Source: Octopus sinensis (taxonomy: Eukaryota). Taken from it: a DNA stretch of 64,000 nucleotides. The notes beneath the pieces are model-generated. The model was given only the letters and a program-made list of their open reading frames with translations. It was not told the DNA's origin and made no database searches. Shown here piece after piece: positions 12,661 through 25,409 of the stretch (within the stretch, counting starts at the first letter, position 1; every line of letters starts with the position of its first letter). Where the stretch lies: assembly GCF_006345805.1 (NCBI RefSeq), contig NC_043005.1:85188001-85252000 (forward strand), written 5' to 3'. Position numbers and translations under genes: made by a program.

Positions 12661-12878
12661 CAAGGGTTGGAGCTGAAAAGTTCCTGGTTTTGGGTAAAAG
12701 AAAATACAGGAGGATCAGTTAGTTATGATTTTATTCAACATATTCCCCTCTCAGATTCACACGGTTATTGCAGAAGCCCTTCAGTTTTTCTAAGCCAAGT
12801 ATAGGAACTCAGAAGTTTGGGTATCCACCCAAGCCTTTTGCAATACCTTTAAGCCAAGATTTTTTCAGGAATCCTTCA
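12661..12878. mobile_element. Mariner-type MITE, degraded
   Basis: TA-flanked imperfect TIRs caagggttggagctgaaaagttcctgg / ccaagattttttcaggaatccttca. Confidence 0.55.
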
Positions 12879-12884
12879 TATATA

Positions 12885-13388
12885 TCTTTATATATAAAAG
12901 TGAAGTTGTGTGTCTGTCTCCTATGATTTAGATTCCTAACTACTCCCACATTTTGCGGTGCAGTGTAACCAAAAGCGGGTATCTTATAACCGTGATTCAT
13001 ATCGAGCCCTTCTGGGTATTAGTGCGCGTCTACGATGAGTCTACGATTTAAAAAAAAATTTACCATAATTTTTTCCAATTTTTAATGCATTTTTTTGCTA
13101 TTATATAAGGGAAGTAACTCTCTAAAAATGTCTACGATGAGTCTACGATTTAAAAAAAATTTACCATCATTTTTTCCCATTTTTAATGCATTTTTTTTGC
13201 TATTATATAAGGGAAGTAACTCTCTAAAAATGTATTATTAAATCTCAGAACGTAAAAAGCTACAGTAACACCGCCCCCCCCCCTTTGTGGTTAGCCATAT
13301 TGAGATGGCTATTATACTTTACATCTCTAAAAATGCTTATATAGTTGTTTCCCTTACAAACCCGAGCAACGCCGGGCGATACTGCTAG
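12885..13388 (+). mobile_element. Non-autonomous Helitron
   Basis: 5' TC after A, 3' hairpin cccgagcaacgccggg followed by CTAG before T, internal tandem duplication of about 102 bp (13029-13232). Confidence 0.85.
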
Positions 13389-13639
13389 TATATATATATA
13401 TTGAATAAACTAGGATACTCAAAGACTCCCTAAAACCTGAATTACTGAATACTTGCCAAGAAATCTTTCTACCTTGCATCCATTTCGAGTGCTATCTGCT
13501 ACAAGCATGGGATTCCCCATTCTCTGACTAAGCGTGGAAGAGTTCTTATGAATCAAGGCCAGCTCAAGGGATAAGTCTCTTGTTCCTCCTCTCTCAACCC
13601 ATAAATAACTGGTCGCAGGTAGATAACTGATCCTTGCTG

Positions 13640-15048
13640 ATGCCAGACCAATAGCTGCGAGAATAAGAATTGGATGTGCAAAGTTTCAGAGAGCTCCTAC
13701 ATCTATTGGCAACAAAGGCCTGTCCCTCTGAGTGAAAGTAGACTGTATGATGCCTGTGTGCAAACAGCCATGCTACACAGCAGTGAAATATGGGCTGTAA
13801 CTGCCCAGGACCTGCATTGGTTTGAAAGAAATGAAGCTAGCATGCTTTGCAGGATGTGCAATGTCAGATTGCATTAATGACAGAGTGTAAGCATTACTAA
13901 TTTTAAATCTCACAACGTGAGATATTCAGCAACAGTACTTTATAGTAAAGATTGTTTGCCAACATAACATGGCAGTCCTGGTTTAGCACGAATGTAGCTG
14001 TAATTTAGTCCCAAAAGACATCGTCTCCAGCTGGCTATATAAACTTGATCTGTGTCCTTATATTTCCCTTGTTTGAAAATATAAGGACAGATTTAAAAAC
14101 AGTAATTTTTTTATTTATAGATCAGTGACTACTTGTCACTTTGAAAACTATTTCAAAAGGGAATTTGGCGGTGTCACCTCTAGCCAAACAATTATTCTAA
14201 TTATTCTGTGCTGATGAAAAGAAATAATCCAGAAATTGCGATACACAGATATTGTTTTGAGGTGAGTGGGGGTGCTAGATTCCCTTGTTCAAAAATATAA
14301 AGATACAGATCGTGTTGTAAAGCCAGCTGGAGGTGATGTCTCCTGGGGCTAAATTACAGCAGCATTCATCCTAAACCAGGACTGCCATGTTATGTTGGTA
14401 AACAATCTTTACTACAGAGTGTAAGCATCCTGATAAAAAATGTTGGACATAAGAAGCATCAGATGTGGTGTGCAAGAGAGACAACTGCGCTAGTATGGTC
14501 ATGGGATATATATGGACAAGGATAGCTGTGTAAAGAGGTGCTCTACCTGTTGAGAAAACCAGTCGTAGAGGTAGACCCAGTAAGACATGGGATGAGGTGG
14601 TGAAACATGATCTTTGAATGAGAAGTGACTGAGACCTTTGACTATATGCCAGGCTGGAGAGGACTCGCAGTTATGGGCGATGCAAGAATCACATAACTGG
14701 CACCAATGCTGGTGACATGCAAAAGCATCTTTCGAACTTTGGGCCTCATGGAGGCAGTAAAAAGTGACAGAGACCTTTAGTAATATACCGTGCTTGAGAT
14801 GACTTGTCAAGCCAAGTGAGATCACAGACATGGATGATGCCAATGTTTCATAACTGGCTCTCAAGCCGGTGGCATGTATGAAGCACCCACTACACTCTTG
14901 GAGTGGTTGGCATTAGGAAGGGCATCCAGCTGTAGAAGCCATGCAAATTGGATTGGAACCTGGTGCAGCTCCCCAGATTATCAGTTTACAGTTAAACAAT
15001 CAAATCCATGCCAGCATGGAAAACAGACTTTAAATGACGATGATGATG
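13640..15048 (+). mobile_element. Degraded RTE LINE 3' portion interrupted by an insertion at 13895-14413
   Basis: RLYDACVQTAMLHSSEIWAV...RNEASML in ORF 13674-13877. Homology resumes at 14414 and runs to the (GAT)n tail. Confidence 0.85.
13895..14413. mobile_element. Unclassified insertion with inverted arms of about 125 bp and a 15-bp flanking duplication
   Basis: acagagtgtaagcat at 13880-13894 and 14414-14428. Arms 13943-14070 and 14290-14413 are diverged inverted copies. A related copy lies at 39308-39550. Confidence 0.7.
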
Positions 15049-15149
15049 AAACCATTGGTAGCCTTGTTAACCTACAAATAAAGAATATTTATCCACAAAT
15101 GTTGTGTTGACCTCTCATTCTCACTGTTTGATATTAGTGTGTGTATATA

Positions 15150-15377
15150 TTCTTTTCTTCTTTTATTTGTTTCAGTCATTTGACTGCGGCCATGCTGGAG
15201 CACCACCTTCAGGGGTTTTAAGTGAACAAATCAATCGCAGGACTTATTCTTTCTAAGCCTAGTACTTATTCTATCAGTCTCTGTAGCCAAACCGCTAAGT
15301 TATGGGGACATAAACATACCAACACTGGTTGTCAAGCAATGGTGGGGGACAAATACAGACACAAAAATGCATACATA

Positions 15378-15419
<42 letters not shown>

Positions 15420-15429
15420 CATATATATA

Positions 15430-15460
<31 letters not shown>

Positions 15461-15468
15461 ATATATAC

Positions 15469-15551
<83 letters not shown>

Positions 15552-15990
15552 TCTATATATATATATATATATATATATATGACCTCGAACCCACAAGAGT
15601 AAAGAAGAGAGACGGAGACAGACAGAAACAAGGAAAATGCCCCTTGTATTTGAATACTATGCAAATATTCTTAAAAAAACTTTTCATTTAATTTTTCCAA
15701 AATTTAATTGTTTTCCATACTTACAGTTGAAAAAGTCTCAATTACTGAAACCAGTACTGAAATGTTTTTTATGATAAAATTATTTTAGCATTTTCTACCT
15801 TGTCTTTTTTCTTCTTATATATATATATATACACACGATGGGCTTCTTTCAGCTTCTATGTACCAAATCCACTCACAAGGCTTTAATCAGCCTGAGGCTA
15901 TAGTAGAAAACACTTGCCCAAGGTGCCATGCAGTGGAACTGAACCCAGAACCATGTGGTTTGTAAGTAAGCTACTTACCACACAGCCATA
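15150..15990 (-). mobile_element. SINE family A split by an expanded (TA)n and a hammerhead-bearing insert
   Basis: Tail half at 15150-15365, head half at 15835-15990. Confidence 0.75.
15724..15759 (+). ncRNA. Type I hammerhead motif, U3-A8 variant, in a Penelope-type 3' remnant (about 15580-15820)
   Basis: cag-TTGAAAA-agt ctcaatt act-GAAA-ccag-TA-ctg. The remnant is flanked by (TA)n and followed by an AT-rich tract ending ttcttatatata, as at the Penelope 3' end. Confidence 0.65.
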
Positions 15991-16222
15991 TATATATTTT
16001 ATTTGTTTCGGTCATTTGACTGTTGCCATGCTGGGGCACTGTTTGAATAAGTTTTAGACGAATATAATGACCCCAGCTCTTATTCTTAAAAGCCTGTAAA
16101 GACATTTTCACTTCCTGAGTGTTATACTAATACTTCTGTTTGTTATCCACACCACCTGTCTTCGTCTTTTGTTTTTTTTGTGAATTCTCCCCCTATATAT
16201 ATATATATATATATATCTATGT

Positions 16223-18095
16223 ATCATCATCATCATCATCATCATCATTTAGCGTCCGTTTTCCATGCTAGCATGGGTTGGACGGTTCAACTGGGGTCTG
16301 GGGAGCCCGAAGGCTGCACCAGGCCAGTCAGATCTGGCAGTGTTTCTACAGCTGGATGCCTTCCTAACGCCAACCACTCCGAGAGTGTAGTGGGTGATTT
16401 ATGTTGCCACCGACACAGGTGCCAGACGAGGCTGGCGAACGGCCACGCTCGGATGGTGTTTTTATGTGCCACCGACACAGGTGCCAGACGAGGCTGGCAG
16501 ACGGCCACGCTCGGATGGTGTTGTTTTTATGTGCCACCGACACAGGTGCCAGATGAGGCTGGCAGGTGCCAGACGAGGCTGGCAGACGGCCACGCTCGGA
16601 TGGTGTTTTTATGCCACCGACACAGGTGCCAGATGAGGCTGGCGGACGGCCACGATCGGATGGTGTTTGTTACGTCCCCAAAGCACGGAGGCCAGTCTAT
16701 GCGGTACTGGCTACGGCCACGTTCGGATGATTTTCTTGTGTGCCACCGGCACTGGTACACAAAGATACAAATTCCATTATGTTCATCTATTTTGATTTGT
16801 TTTGATTTGATTTGATTTTCACTTGCCTCAACAGGTCTTCACAAGTGTCACTTGCCTCAACAGGTCTTCACAAGTGTCACAAGAAGGAAGGTATGCACAG
16901 GTGGACTGTCTACGTCGCCGGGTCTTCGGATGGTTGTCTTTATGTGCCACCGACACAGGTGCCAGATGTGGCTGGCGAACGGCCACGATCGGATGGTTTT
17001 CTTGTGTGCCACCGGTACTGGAACCACAAAGATACAAATTCCATTGATGTTCATCTATTTTGATTTGGTTTGATTTTCACTTGCCTCAACAGGTCTTCAC
17101 AAGTGTAGCGTGTACACACTTGCTCAAACAGGTCTCCACAAGTGTCACACACTTGCCTCTGCCTCAACAGGTCTTCACAGTGTCACGCGTGTCACACACT
17201 TGCCTCAACAGGTCTCCAGAAGTGTCACACACTTGCCTCTGCCTCAACAGGTCTTCACAAGTGTCACACACTTGCCTCTGCCTCAACAGGTCTCACAAGT
17301 GTCATAAGAGGGAAGGTATGCACAGGTGGACTGACTACGTCGCCGGGTCTTTGGATGGTGTTTTTATGTGCCACCGACACAGGTGCCAGGTGAGGCTGGC
17401 GAACGGCCACGATCAGATGTTGTTGTTGTGCCCACAGCACGGAGGCCAGTCAATGCGGTACCAGCTACGGCCACTTCGGTGGATGGTTTTCTTGTGTGCC
17501 ACCGGTACTGGAACCACCAAAGATACAAATTCCATTGATATTCATCTATTTTGATTTGGTTTGATTTTCACTTGCCTCAACAGGTCTTCACAAGTGTCAC
17601 ACACTTGCCTCAACAGGTCTTCACAAGTGTCATAAGAGGGAAGGTATGCACAGGTGGACTGACTACGTCGCCGGGTCTTCGGATGGTTGTCTTTATGTGC
17701 CACCGGCACAGGTGCCAGATGAGGCTGGCGAACGGCCACGATCGGATGGTTTGTTGTGCCCACAGCACGGAGGCCAGTCGATGCGGTACTGGTTACGGCC
17801 ACGTTTGGGTGGTTTTCTTGTGTGCCACCGGCACTGGTACACAAAGAATACAATTCCACTGATGTTCATCTATTTTGATTTGTTTTGATTTGATTTGATT
17901 TTCACTTGCCTCAACAGGTCTTCATAAGTGTCACAAGAAGGAAGGTATGCACAGGACTGACTACGTCCCAGGTCGGGGCCACGGGTTATGGCCTGACTAG
18001 TCTTGCCGGGTCTTCTCATGCACAGCATACTTCCATAGGTCTCGGTCTCTAGACATTTCCTTAGTGAGACCTAAAGTTCGAAGGTCGTGCTTCAC
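16223..18095 (-). mobile_element. Young RTE 3' fragment with an expanded higher-order tandem array in the 3' UTR
   Basis: (CAT)n tail at 16223, end of ORF (HDLRTLGLTKEMSRDRDLWKYAVHEKTRQD) at about 18000-18095, CpG-rich nested repeats in between. Confidence 0.9.
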
Positions 18096-18100
18096 GTATG

Positions 18101-18178
<78 letters not shown>

Positions 18179-18221
18179 TACATACATATATATACATTAT
18201 ATATATATATATTTATATATT

Positions 18222-18767
18222 ACATAAAATTCGTTCTGTCTGTCTGTGTGAGTGTCTTCTAGGATCTCAGGCATCCTCCATCCGATTGCACTCAAATTTG
18301 ATATGTAGATACCGATGGTATCAGGGCGTGTATAAGTCTTGAAAAAATTACAAGAATCGATTCCAGGTGAGAATGCGATCAATAAAGCCATGGGAACGTG
18401 CATGTGTATGTGCAAGTACATCAGCTGTTGCAATCAATACTATGCGTATGTGAGAAAAATGCATGTGCAGTTTGCACATAAAAAGCCGGCTGGCTTGAAA
18501 TAATGCCACAAAATGCAGTGTATATAAGAGACCAAAAAAGTAAGATGCAAAAGAGATATTTTCTTCAAACTTAGCATAAAGGAAGAAAAGACTATTTGGT
18601 TTTTCAAGAAGTTTTTTTTGCCTTAACTTCGTTTAACAAAACCAAAAATTTTATTGAAATAAAAGCATGCTTAATTATTATTTAATGAAAAGAAAACACT
18701 GATTGCTTTTTATTCAGCAGACATGATTCAGCACCGTCCATTGGGCGGGGGAGGGGGCGTTTTGCTC

Positions 18768-18768
<1 letters not shown>
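18222..18768 (+). mobile_element. Probable non-autonomous Helitron, degraded ends
   Basis: 5' region with (tctg)n and ccgatt...aaatttg, 3' hairpin ccgtccattgggcgg, flanked by (TA)n. The terminal CTAG is not intact. Confidence 0.45.
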
Positions 18769-18800
<32 letters not shown>

Positions 18801-18810
18801 CATACATATA

Positions 18811-19280
18811 CACAGGGTGTTCAAAAAGTGTCTCTTCAGTAAGTATTTTATTGCAAAATAATAAGATGGAATAAGATTACAAAAGAATATATTAGACTTT
18901 ACAAGACTTTAAAAAACTTCATGTTTTGAAAGTGTCATCCTTCATTTTCCGTACATTAGTTGACTCTTCTACACATGTTTTGAGCCTGACATCTTGGAGA
19001 GTCTGACATCGCATGGACCGTGTGAAGGTTATGATTGCGTCTTTTATCTCATTAATGGTTTTCAGGCGATTCTTGTACAATAAACTGTTCACCGTAAATT
19101 TCTTGAAGTAGCACCATGGTGATGCACACAAAGTACTGCAGCTCCATCTTGCTGAAAGTATGCATTATTAGTTTCACTTTCAGTTTAGTTGGCCTACAGT
19201 TCTCAGTGTTCATAGTGTCTTCAAAAAATATTGTTTGCACAATAAAATTCACTGCAGAGACACTTTTTGAACACCCTGTG
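18811..19280 (-). mobile_element. Internally deleted Tc1/mariner-superfamily element (maT/DD37D-like)
   Basis: 30-bp TIRs cacagggtgttcaaaaagtgtctc.. / ..gagacactttttgaacaccctgtg, TA flanks, transposase remnants FQQDGA and LYKNRLKTINEIKDAI on the - strand. Confidence 0.85.
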
Positions 19281-19619
19281 TATGTATATGATAGATCTAA
19301 ATAACAAAGTGAACTCAGTCAGAAAAAATCTACAGATGGAGAAGAACATACCACCACCATATCCTTAATGACGAAATTAACCTCTCTGTCTATATATCTG
19401 CCCTCTTTATAATGTTGGCAAATGAAATAAGTATAAGAATGTGCATTGACCGTTTTAATTTAAAAATTCTATATGTGGCTGAAGATTGCTTGACATTGTA
19501 AAACTGATGTAATACTTAAAGTGTCTAATAAAATGAAGTAGCATGAAACAATTGTACTACACTACCTTGGATATCCTTGTTGCTTTTTTGATTATATATA
19601 TACAATATCTATATATATA

Positions 19620-19665
<46 letters not shown>

Positions 19666-19681
19666 CATATCTAATACATAC

Positions 19682-19730
<49 letters not shown>

Positions 19731-19809
19731 ATAATATATATATATATAAATATACCTATATACACTCATTATATATATTGATTATATATTATATATTGAT
19801 ATATTGATA

Positions 19810-19856
<47 letters not shown>

Positions 19857-20199
19857 CATACACATTACACTCATTATATATATTGACACTTATGCATTCA
19901 TACTTGCACACACAATTTCTCAGCTACTCACATGTTTGTTATTTATTTTTTTCAAAGTTTTTAGTTAATGGGCCATGATCATGCTGGAGCACCACCATTA
20001 AGGAATTGTAATTGATTATATTGATCTGCAGTAATTATTTCAGTCTAATAATTATATATTTGATCTCTATTTATTGAACAGCCAACTTAGCGTTTTATGA
20101 GAATCTATGCAATTTGAATGCACGTGTTTAACCTGCTGTAAAAATGGAAATAAACATCTGATTTGTCAGATCTTCTTGATATAGAGCAATAATAATAAT

Positions 20200-20657
20200 C
20201 ATCATCATCATCATGGTTTAACGTCCGTTCTCCATGCTAGCATGGGTTGGATGGTTTGACCGGGGATCTGGGAAGCCAGAAGGCTGCATCAGGCTCCGGT
20301 CTTATCTGGCAATGTTTCTACAGCTGGATGCCCTTCCTAACGCCAACCACTCCGTGAGTGTAGTGGGTGCTTTTTACGTGCCACCTGCACTGGTGCCAGG
20401 CGAGGCTGGCATCGGCCACGGTCGGATTGGTGCATTTTACGTGCCACCGGCACGGAAGCCAGTCGAGGCGGCACTGGCTTTGGCCACAATTTGGATGGTG
20501 CTTTTTACGTGCCACCGACATGGAAGCCAGTCGAGGCGGCGCTGGCATCGGCCACGATTCGGATAGTGCTTTTTATGTATCTCCAGTCCAGGGGTCCTGG
20601 CATCTGCCAGGTGCCAGTCATAGGATTGGTTCAATTTCGATTCAATAATTTCGATTC

Positions 20658-20658
<1 letters not shown>
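20200..20658 (-). mobile_element. RTE 3' UTR fragment
   Basis: Conserved 3' end plus 3-4 tandem units of about 60 bp. Confidence 0.85.
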
Positions 20659-20723
<65 letters not shown>

Positions 20724-20734
20724 TAATAGTAATG

Positions 20735-21715
20735 TTAAGCACGGAGACTCCTACCCTAAGAGTGACACTGATAAGCTCTATTTCTAGAAGAAAGGGTGGA
20801 AGAGGTTTGATCAGTTGCCTGGACTCTATTGAAACAGAGAAAAACAGCTTAGGTTGGCATGTAAAAAATACTGTGGAACCATTGTTGAAGCATGTGAAGA
20901 ATTCTGGCATGATTAAAACTGATAATTGTGTAAAGAAAGAAAAACTGAAGAGTCAAAGAATGTGAATAAAGAAACAGCATGGAAGGAGAAAAAATGTATG
21001 GTCATCTTGCAAAAACTGTGAATGCCAAGACAGATACAGAAGACCGGTGGCTATAAATAAGGAAGTGTGACTTGAAGATAGAGAAATACTTATATGTGTA
21101 GCACAAGAACAAGCATTAAGGACTAACTACATGATGTTCAGAATCGACTCCTGGCAGCAACAAATGCAGGATGTGTGGTGAGAGGAGTGAAATGGTATGG
21201 CACATCATTAATGAATACCAAAACTGGCACAATGTGAATACAAAAGATGATAAGACATTGTGACAAGAATGATCCACTGGGAGCTTTGTGGAAGCCACAG
21301 TGTACAAAGAGCAAAGATGTGGTGTGAGAAAACATCGGGAGTCACAAAGAATGAAAATTGCAAAATCCTGTGGGAAACAATGATTCAGTGTGGTCAGGCA
21401 TCTGAAACTGGACATTGTTGTGGTGACTAAAAAAGCAAGAACATGTATGATAATCATCATAGCATGTCCCAGTGACAACAGGATCCAAGAGAAAGAACAA
21501 GAAAAACTGAACAACTCTGATGATTGAAGTGGGAAATACGAAATTAGTGGTTAATGAGGAGAATAGACTTGCTTCCAATAGTAATTGGTGCACTTGGAAG
21601 TATCAGCACTCAAACTACCAACATGACGTGAAAAGATCAGTGCAAGAACACCTACAAAAATCAGTATTGATTGGAACTGCAAGAATTCTTCGCTGGGTTC
21701 TTGAAACATGACCAG
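20735..21715 (+). mobile_element. Degraded R4/Dong-clade LINE (late RT, CCHC zinc knuckle, endonuclease)
   Basis: YPKSDTDKLY/SRRKGGRGLISC, CRMCGERSEMVWHII, KILW, LDIVVV, LQKSVLIGTARILR, with frameshifts; preceded by (TAA)n. Confidence 0.8.
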
Positions 21716-21913
21716 TTAACAAAAATTCTTCAAAATGTTGCTCCAGCATGACCACAGTCAAATGACAGAAACAAATAAACATAGCAAGAGTGGCTGATAG
21801 CTACCTGTTCCAGATACCAGGAAATCCAAAAATGGATGGCATAATAGCAGGTATTTTCTTTTAATAAAAAAAAAATGGAAGAAAATAGAGCTCATGGGAA
21901 TTAGTCCTGAAAA

Positions 21914-22272
21914 ATATTTTTGGTTTTGCACAGGGTATAAGTTCTAGAAAATATCTGTCAAAATATAAGAAAATTAGAAATTTGTTTTAAAAGTAATTTG
22001 ATGGAAAGATGACAGTGTGATCTTAAGATGATAGTAAAAGGTGTTTGCTAGTATGTACTTTTAAGAGTACTTTTGATAATGTTTACAGATTAAAAATCTG
22101 TAAACATTATCAAAAGTACTCTTAAAAGTACATACTAGCAAACACCTTTTACTATCATCTTAAGATCAGACTGTCATCTTTCCATCAAATTACTTTTAAA
22201 ACAAATTTCTAATTTTCTTATATTTTGACAGATATTTTCTAGAACTTATACCCTGTGCAAAACCAGAAATAT
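21914..22272. repeat. Near-perfect palindrome, 178-bp arms, 3-nt loop
   Basis: Centre at 22093 (gtttacagatt-aaa-aatctgtaaac); only two mismatches noticed. Confidence 0.97.
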
Positions 22273-22377
22273 GGCATCCTAATCATAACATCAACATGAA
22301 TTTCTAACTTGTTATCTCTTGAGGTCTCTGGGTGAGACTTGGAGTCAGCTTGTACAAATACAAAGCAAAAACCAAGC

Positions 22378-22455
<78 letters not shown>

Positions 22456-23321
22456 TGATGATGATGATGATGATGATGATAAAACACATGTCCTATTTTG
22501 GCAAAAAAACCCCGACCATCCTGAAATATAACAATACCTGTTCACATCAGGAATCTTGCAAAGCAAATACATAAATGTAAAAATAAAGAACTGTTCGGTT
22601 GCATGATGGGAGATTTTCGTAAAAGACCTAAAAAATAACAATAACAACAATATATCAGATGGTGCTACTTGCAGCTATGATGATGATGATGATGATGGGG
22701 AGGATGAGGAGGAGGAGGAGGCAGAGATTTATGTGGATGATGATGAGGATTATGATGACAATGAGGATCAAAATAAGATAAAAAACCTTTTATCAATTCT
22801 ATACTGCTGCCAGAGAAATGGTATAATCATAAAACGGAACTGCTTCATACATTATTTAAAGAAATCTTTCCCACAGACTTCAATATTCACATAGAATAGG
22901 GCCTTCTATACAACTGATTTCATTAAAGTAGAGATATGCTTGTTAAAATACTTGCTCAAGGACACAGCCTAATTTATTGCTGGGGTTCATATTGAATTTG
23001 ACCATCATCTCATCTCATTAGATGGGAACTGTTCTTTTCTAAAAGCCTACAAGAATTCCTCAGTACTGTATTGCTAATGAGCATCTTGTTTGGTGATTCC
23101 TTTTTGTTGCTGCAACCATAAATCTCCTATCTTGAATCACACACACACAGACACACACACAGTCGTATATATAGATATATATTTTCTATGTGAATCACAC
23201 ATATATATATATATGTATGTATATGTATATATATATATATATATACAATATATATAAATATATACATATATATACATATATATATATATACATATATATA
23301 CATTATAATATATACATATAT

Positions 23322-23356
<35 letters not shown>

Positions 23357-23545
23357 TTATTTAAAGCATATTACTCTACCAGTGGTATTTGAGTACTCTT
23401 TTTTTCACCTTTTTTACATTTATGTGTTTACTACTCCGGTATATATATATATATATATATATACATATATATAAATTATACATATATATACATATATCTA
23501 TATATATATCATATATATATACATTATATATATATATGCATATAT

Positions 23546-23600
<55 letters not shown>

Positions 23601-23648
23601 TAGGCATACATACTTACATGCATGCATACATATACATACACATGTATA

Positions 23649-24437
23649 CAGTGTGTTCTGGCTAAATTTGATGATTTTTTGTCTCCTTTTTTTTTTAAAT
23701 CTCAGAAACAGCTGGATGTATTGGTGAACAGTCAATGGCATTGAAAAACATAAAGAATGAGGTTGTAGCTGTGAAATAGTTAGCTGAGATGGAGGACTGG
23801 AAGCCATATGATTATTGGAAAAGAGTTACCATTATCATGAAGTTTCATGCTGGGTCTCAAAATTCTGACCTCATCACTGCTGCTCAATGCTTTGTGAACA
23901 CTGTATATAGGCTGTAAGATGTGACATGGGCATCATAAATCTCAAGTTTCCCAAACTATGATAGCCTTTGTTTGTGTCTCCAATGAGGCTGGCACAATGC
24001 TGCCTTGGCATCTTTGATCAGGGCCCTACACTCAATTCAATAAGATTTAGTTCCTTGCCATACTGCCAGAAAGAGTCAGAAGTGGTTACTGGAGAATTCC
24101 TATGACTTCACCAGCCCCAAACTTCTGGCCTCTTAATTTTCCCAATTACAATCCCATGGATTATTATGCATGTGGTGCTGTTGAGAAAGATACCAACCAC
24201 TCTGCCTGCAACATCCAAGGCAGGCCAATCTGGTGGCCAAGATAAAAGAGTTGCTTGAAGATCTTCCCAGAGACACAGTGAGGAACATATGCACCAGGTT
24301 CAAGAGCTGTCTTGGCCATGGGCAAAGCTGAGGGAAGCTATCTTGAACAAACTGTTATCTCTCAACCATAATCTAGTTGATAGTTTTGATCTGTTTTTCC
24401 TTTTACATTAACTTTCAAATTTAGCTGGAACATCCTG
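23649..24437 (+). mobile_element. Degraded Tc1/mariner-superfamily element (maT-like)
   Basis: TIRs cagtgtgttctggctaaatttga / tcaaatttagctggaacatcctg, TA flanks, remnant FWP..FP.YNPMDYY. Confidence 0.75.
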
Positions 24438-24759
24438 TATATATATATAAAGGGATATATTCATATCATTGAACATTGACATGTTCGTGTCTTTTTCTTG
24501 GGCTGTCTACTATATCAGGACTTTAACCCACATGGATATTCTCAGGATTGCATCTAAGGACTTACACTCATGGATCTACGCAGGATTGCCCCCTAAGGAC
24601 TCATGCTTTGGTTTCTATAACTTTGGAAAGTTGAACTAAGAACTTTTAGGCTTCTTTATTCTTCCTTCTTTCCATCTCCTTATTCTTTTACTCCCTTCCT
24701 CTATATTACCATCTTATTAATATATACCATTCTCATTTTCCCTATTATTTCGCCAATTT

Positions 24760-24815
24760 GTCTCTGATGACGAAATATCCCATACTCGAGGATATCCCAG
24801 AAACAGCTGTAAGAT
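24760..24815 (+). ncRNA. Type I hammerhead ribozyme motif with canonical core
   Basis: gtct-CTGATGA-cgaa atatcc catactcga ggatat ccca-GAAA-cagctg-TA-agat. Palindromic stem III ACAGCTGT and a GUA cleavage triplet; base of stem II mismatched. Confidence 0.75.
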
Positions 24816-24829
24816 TTTGAATTTCTTCT

Positions 24830-25083
24830 TGCCGGTGGCAAATAAAAACCACCAACTGATCGTGGTCATTGCCAGTCCTCTCCGGCCCCTGTGCTGGTGG
24901 CATGTAAAAAGCACTCACTACACTCTCAGAGTGGCAGGCATTAGGGAAAACATCTAGCTGTAGAAACACTGCCAGATCAGAATGGAGCCTGGTGCAGCCT
25001 CCTGGTTTGCCAGACCCCAGTTGAACCGTCCAACCCATGCCAGCATGGAAAACGGACGTTAAACGATGATGATGATGATGATG
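24830..25083 (+). mobile_element. RTE 3' end; similar short copies at about 1-140(-), 10135-10330(-), 28925-29113(+), 32520-32670(-), 42585-42700(-), 44490-44755(-), 55130-55397(+), 55540-55740(-), 58975-59185(-), 61755-62035(+)
   Basis: Shared core aaagcacccactacactc.ggagtggttggcgttaggaagggcatccagctgtagaaac...catggaaa.cggacgttaaa(gat)n. Confidence 0.85.
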
Positions 25084-25270
25084 AGTTGAGATTTTTGCCT
25101 TGCCTTAATGTTTGACGTCATGTTTAGCAATTATATATCTGCTGCATCGCAAATCTACAATGGTCCCATAACTACCATCTCGGCTATTATCTTGGAGACC
25201 CAGTAATCTGTTACAGCAATTACCTAGCGTACCTGATTATTACATCACCTGCGAACTAAACCTCCATACT

Positions 25271-25305
<35 letters not shown>

Positions 25306-25409
25306 TATACACCATAATATACATATATGTATATATATATATATAATATAATACATATATATATATATATATAATAATATATAACGATATAAATAATTGA
25401 CCTTCAATA

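Noticed and set aside
16390-17975. CRISPR-like appearance of regularly spaced repeats
   Set aside because: There are no unique spacers and no cas genes, and the array lies inside an RTE 3' UTR in eukaryotic DNA.
19475-19525. Further hammerhead-like traces (also about 31825-31860 and 36465-36500)
   Set aside because: Core nucleotides are missing or stems cannot be formed.
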